The notes under the pieces: generated by a model
The model's input: the letters and a program-made list of their open reading frames with translations, nothing else
The model's database searches: none
What the model was told of the DNA's origin: nothing
From: Octopus vulgaris
Lineage: Eukaryota
Assembly (NCBI GenBank): GCA_951406725.2
Contig: OX597814.1
Span: forward strand, 92,132,001 to 92,196,000
Reading direction: 5' to 3'
Length of the DNA: 64,000 bases
In this document: piece after piece, positions 60,985 to 64,000 of the stretch
How positions within the stretch are numbered: position 1 is the stretch's first letter
Layout of the letters: each line of letters opens with the position of its first letter
Program-made: the position numbers and the translations under genes

Positions 60985-63205
60985 AATAACCCCCAAAATT
61001 AGGACATACCTTATACAAGAGGCTCAATCAGATACGGTATATTCTTTTATTTTTTATTACATAGTAATATTTAATGAAATATAGGGTTGTACGCTTTTTA
61101 AAAAGAGAGAAAAATATAGTGAAGAGAAAATAATTGGCGTCAAAAAATATTTTAGGTTACATATTAAAAGGAACATATTCCTACGCCTGTTTCAATCCTC
61201 CGAATAAAAAATGAATCTTAAAACTCATTTTCAGAGAACGCCTCCTTCATCGGGGAAAAAGTGATGTTTACTTTAGAATTGCATTCAGTTCATTGCTACC
61301 GTATGAGGTAACTGGAAGCTTTTATGGAAAAAAGGATATATCAATGCAAGCGGTGGAAGTATATATGAGGGCTGATGGGAGGAAAATTACTTTACTTAAT
61401 GTCTTATTGAAAATTATATTTATAATTGCAATCTCGTGTTATAGGCAATATGGTGTTACGTTGTGCGGCGAAACTTAGTAAGGCCATCGTTGAGTACATT
61501 CTGATTTAAAAAGTTTCATGAAAGTTGAATAATATCTGTTGTTACACAAATGAATAACACCAGAAAACTTGTTTAATACTGTACAATTATACAGACGGTA
61601 GATAGTATATCATTCTTTTATGCACATTCTACAATAGCCAATAATCGTGTTGTAAAGGGGCTGGGCTCATCTATAAGAGATCAAGATAATGAATAATTGA
61701 TGTTCTGTAATTTTAAATCATGTATGTATCTAGCTAGTACCGTTGAGTTTTTAGATTTTAACTTACTGAAGGAAGTTAAATGGGTTCTATATCGTCTCTG
61801 AAAATCTATAGCGATCGTTATGTTTACTCTTAACTGATGTTTATCATTTCTCACAATGCATTTATAAATTACATTTTTTCCGTAAAGAGTATCCAGCGAG
61901 CGGACATAATTCAAGGACCCTACAGTTACAACTTTTTGCATTCCTATCTTTAATTTTACTCATATGTATTAGGATCGTATCGGCTTGGCCTATGTTTAGT
62001 TGGGAATGATTGCGTTTTGAGTTAGGAAGACTTGCTTTTTATTTGTTTTATTGATTTTATTTGGACTTATATGGTGCAACTTATGGTGATTTAAACTTAT
62101 AGTCATTTGAAGTTGGAGTTTATTTCTATTTATGGATGCAAATATAGATCTCAGATTCGACGTGGTGGAACAAGATAGCTTTACAGAGTGTTTTTTTAAA
62201 TATGGGGTAATAATTGTGGTGCTTCGGAAAAATTAAATTTCAGGATCTTACAGAACAGTTTTGGTAAATTCTTGACTCTGAGAGAAAATGGGGTTGTAGG
62301 AGGGGGGGAACAAACCTAATAATTTCTCTTTTTTTCTAGATTCAGAGTGGGTTACTACATTAGGGTGTTCAGACATAGAGGGACTACATTTAATACGGTT
62401 CCTAAAATTAAGGCTATGGAGTTTGGTATAGTTAAAAGGTTTTCTTATACTTTCATAATCTAAGGAAGAAATCGTATTAGTAATTTCAAGATTAGTGTCA
62501 GATGAGGGATTAGCTAATTTGATTTTGAGTTTGGTATCAGGGATGTAGAAAATAGGATCATAAAAGCCACTCGATTTTAGGGCTTGATTATAAAATGGGA
62601 CATGTGCATTAAAGATCTCTTCGTTTACTGATTGGTTGGAAATCATAATAGAGACAGCCGTAATAATACTATCGACGGTTAATTTTGGATGATTAGGGGA
62701 AATGTTTATATATTGTAATGCGTGGTTTCACATTGATATAAATTGTCTATCGTTTTAAATATCTGTGTCTTTAAATACTAGTTAACGTGGATGCATTGTA
62801 AGAGCGCTGTGATACTGAAATATTAATCATGAGAAAGTCTCTCATTTAGCGCATGAAGCACAGAGATTTTGGTTGCAGATGAGTACTGTCCGGCAACAGT
62901 AGTGAAACTATTATATCACTTAATTTCGGCGTGGTGGGTTTTAGGAGGCATTCTCTGTAAATGAATTTTACGATTCATTTTTTATTCGGAGGATTGAACC
63001 CCTGAAACGGCCGTAGCAATATTTTCTTTTAATATGTAACCTAAAATATTTTTTGACGCCAATTATTTTCTCTTCACTATATTCTTCTCTCTTTTTAAAA
63101 AGCGTACAACCCTATACTTCATTATATATTACTATGTAATAAAAAATAAAAGAATATACCGTATTCGAGCCTCTTGTATAAGGGAACTCCTAATTTTGGG
63201 GGTTT
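60985..63205 (-). mobile_element. Decayed Penelope-like element with inverted pLTR copy
   Basis: ISNQSVNEEIFNAHVPFYNQALKSSGF (RT thumb), KNVIYKC...FQRRYRTH..SF...NSTVLARYI..LK (GIY-YIG); IR 60985-61243 / 62944-63205. Confidence 0.8.
61178..61257 (-). ncRNA. Hammerhead-like motif with long stem II (CCGAUGA core)
   Basis: UUCC-CCGAUGA-AGG...GAAA-CAGGCG-UA-GGAA; the inverted copy at ~62995-63020 preserves CCU-GAAA-CGGCCG-UA. Confidence 0.55.
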
Positions 63206-63209
63206 AAAA

Positions 63210-63522
63210 TTTGATAAAAAAATGTTCTGTATAAGTAACTACTGAAATATATCATGCAGTTGCTCTTCCAGTATGAAGAACATTATAACTCGTAAAAATC
63301 AGCAAGTACCCCCTCCCAGATGTAACTGTCGAGACCCTGACGTTTTCCTACTTGACCAGGGATGTATGATAAACTCCGTCGTACACGAGGCCGAGGTAAC
63401 AGCAATGCTTCAATTGAAAAAAGATTTACATAGGTGTTTTGAAATTGCCTTCAAACAGTCCTATGTAAATCTTTTTTCAATTGAAGCATTGCTGTTACCT
63501 CGGCCTCGTGTACGACGGAGTT

Positions 63523-63525
<3 letters not shown>
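63210..63525 (+). mobile_element. Penelope-like GIY-YIG fragment ending in a perfect foldback
   Basis: SCSSSMKNIITRKN...CNCRDPD..LLDQGC...SVVHEAEV; 66 bp perfect IR 63369-63434 / 63460-63525, then (TA)n. Confidence 0.8.
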
Positions 63526-63555
<30 letters not shown>

Positions 63556-63588
63556 ATATATAGTGAGAGAGAGAGAGAGAGAGAGAGA

Positions 63589-63637
<49 letters not shown>

Positions 63638-64000
63638 ATACACAACTTAAAGAGCTACCAATAGTCGCAGGCATTTATGATACTTAGACAAATGTTTTAA
63701 AATATCTTCAAGCTATCTTTCAGGATTTGCTTCTGCGTTATATATATTTTGAAATCAACGACTCTCCTGTTCTCGCTGATTGCAGAAACTACAATAAATG
63801 CAGCTGGTATAGAGGAAAATAACAATAGATAAATCAAAGTCTGCGAGACAGCAACTTAATCCAGAGTGCTTGATGTCTTTCAATTCGACAAAAGCAATCT
63901 GTCCATGTACTTGCACCTGCTTCAAAATTCAGATCTAGAATGAAGCAGTTCGTTGGAATTCTTGGATTGAAGAAGAATATGATGTCTATCTGCCATGCAT

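Overview
AT-rich, microsatellite-dense eukaryotic non-coding DNA. The SINE types and repeat landscape look like a cephalopod, probably Octopus (inferred from pattern recognition only). I can support no host protein-coding gene, rRNA, true tRNA or CRISPR; almost all short ORFs are translations of simple repeats. The window is a mosaic of transposable elements. (1) R4/Dong-type RLE retrotransposons are stacked in (TAA)n tracts, including a near-intact ~3.9 kb copy (3508-7383) broken by one homopolymer indel. (2) Penelope-like elements (PLEs) sit in (TA)n tracts, including one with an open 940-aa RT/GIY-YIG ORF and an inverted pseudo-LTR (34773-38471). (3) Tx1/L1, RTE and jockey/CR1-like LINE fragments, tRNA-derived SINEs, Tc1/mariner and Helitron relics make up the rest. 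The most interesting unannotated signals are: at least six minimal type-I hammerhead ribozyme motifs with variant cores in PLE pLTRs; repeated foldback or flank-copying structures at PLE insertions; a SINE that shares its 3' tail with a Tx1-like LINE; a covarying 3'-UTR hairpin in two Dong families; and apparent partitioning of microsatellite targets among retroelement families. All alignments and folds were done by eye, so boundaries of degenerate elements are approximate.
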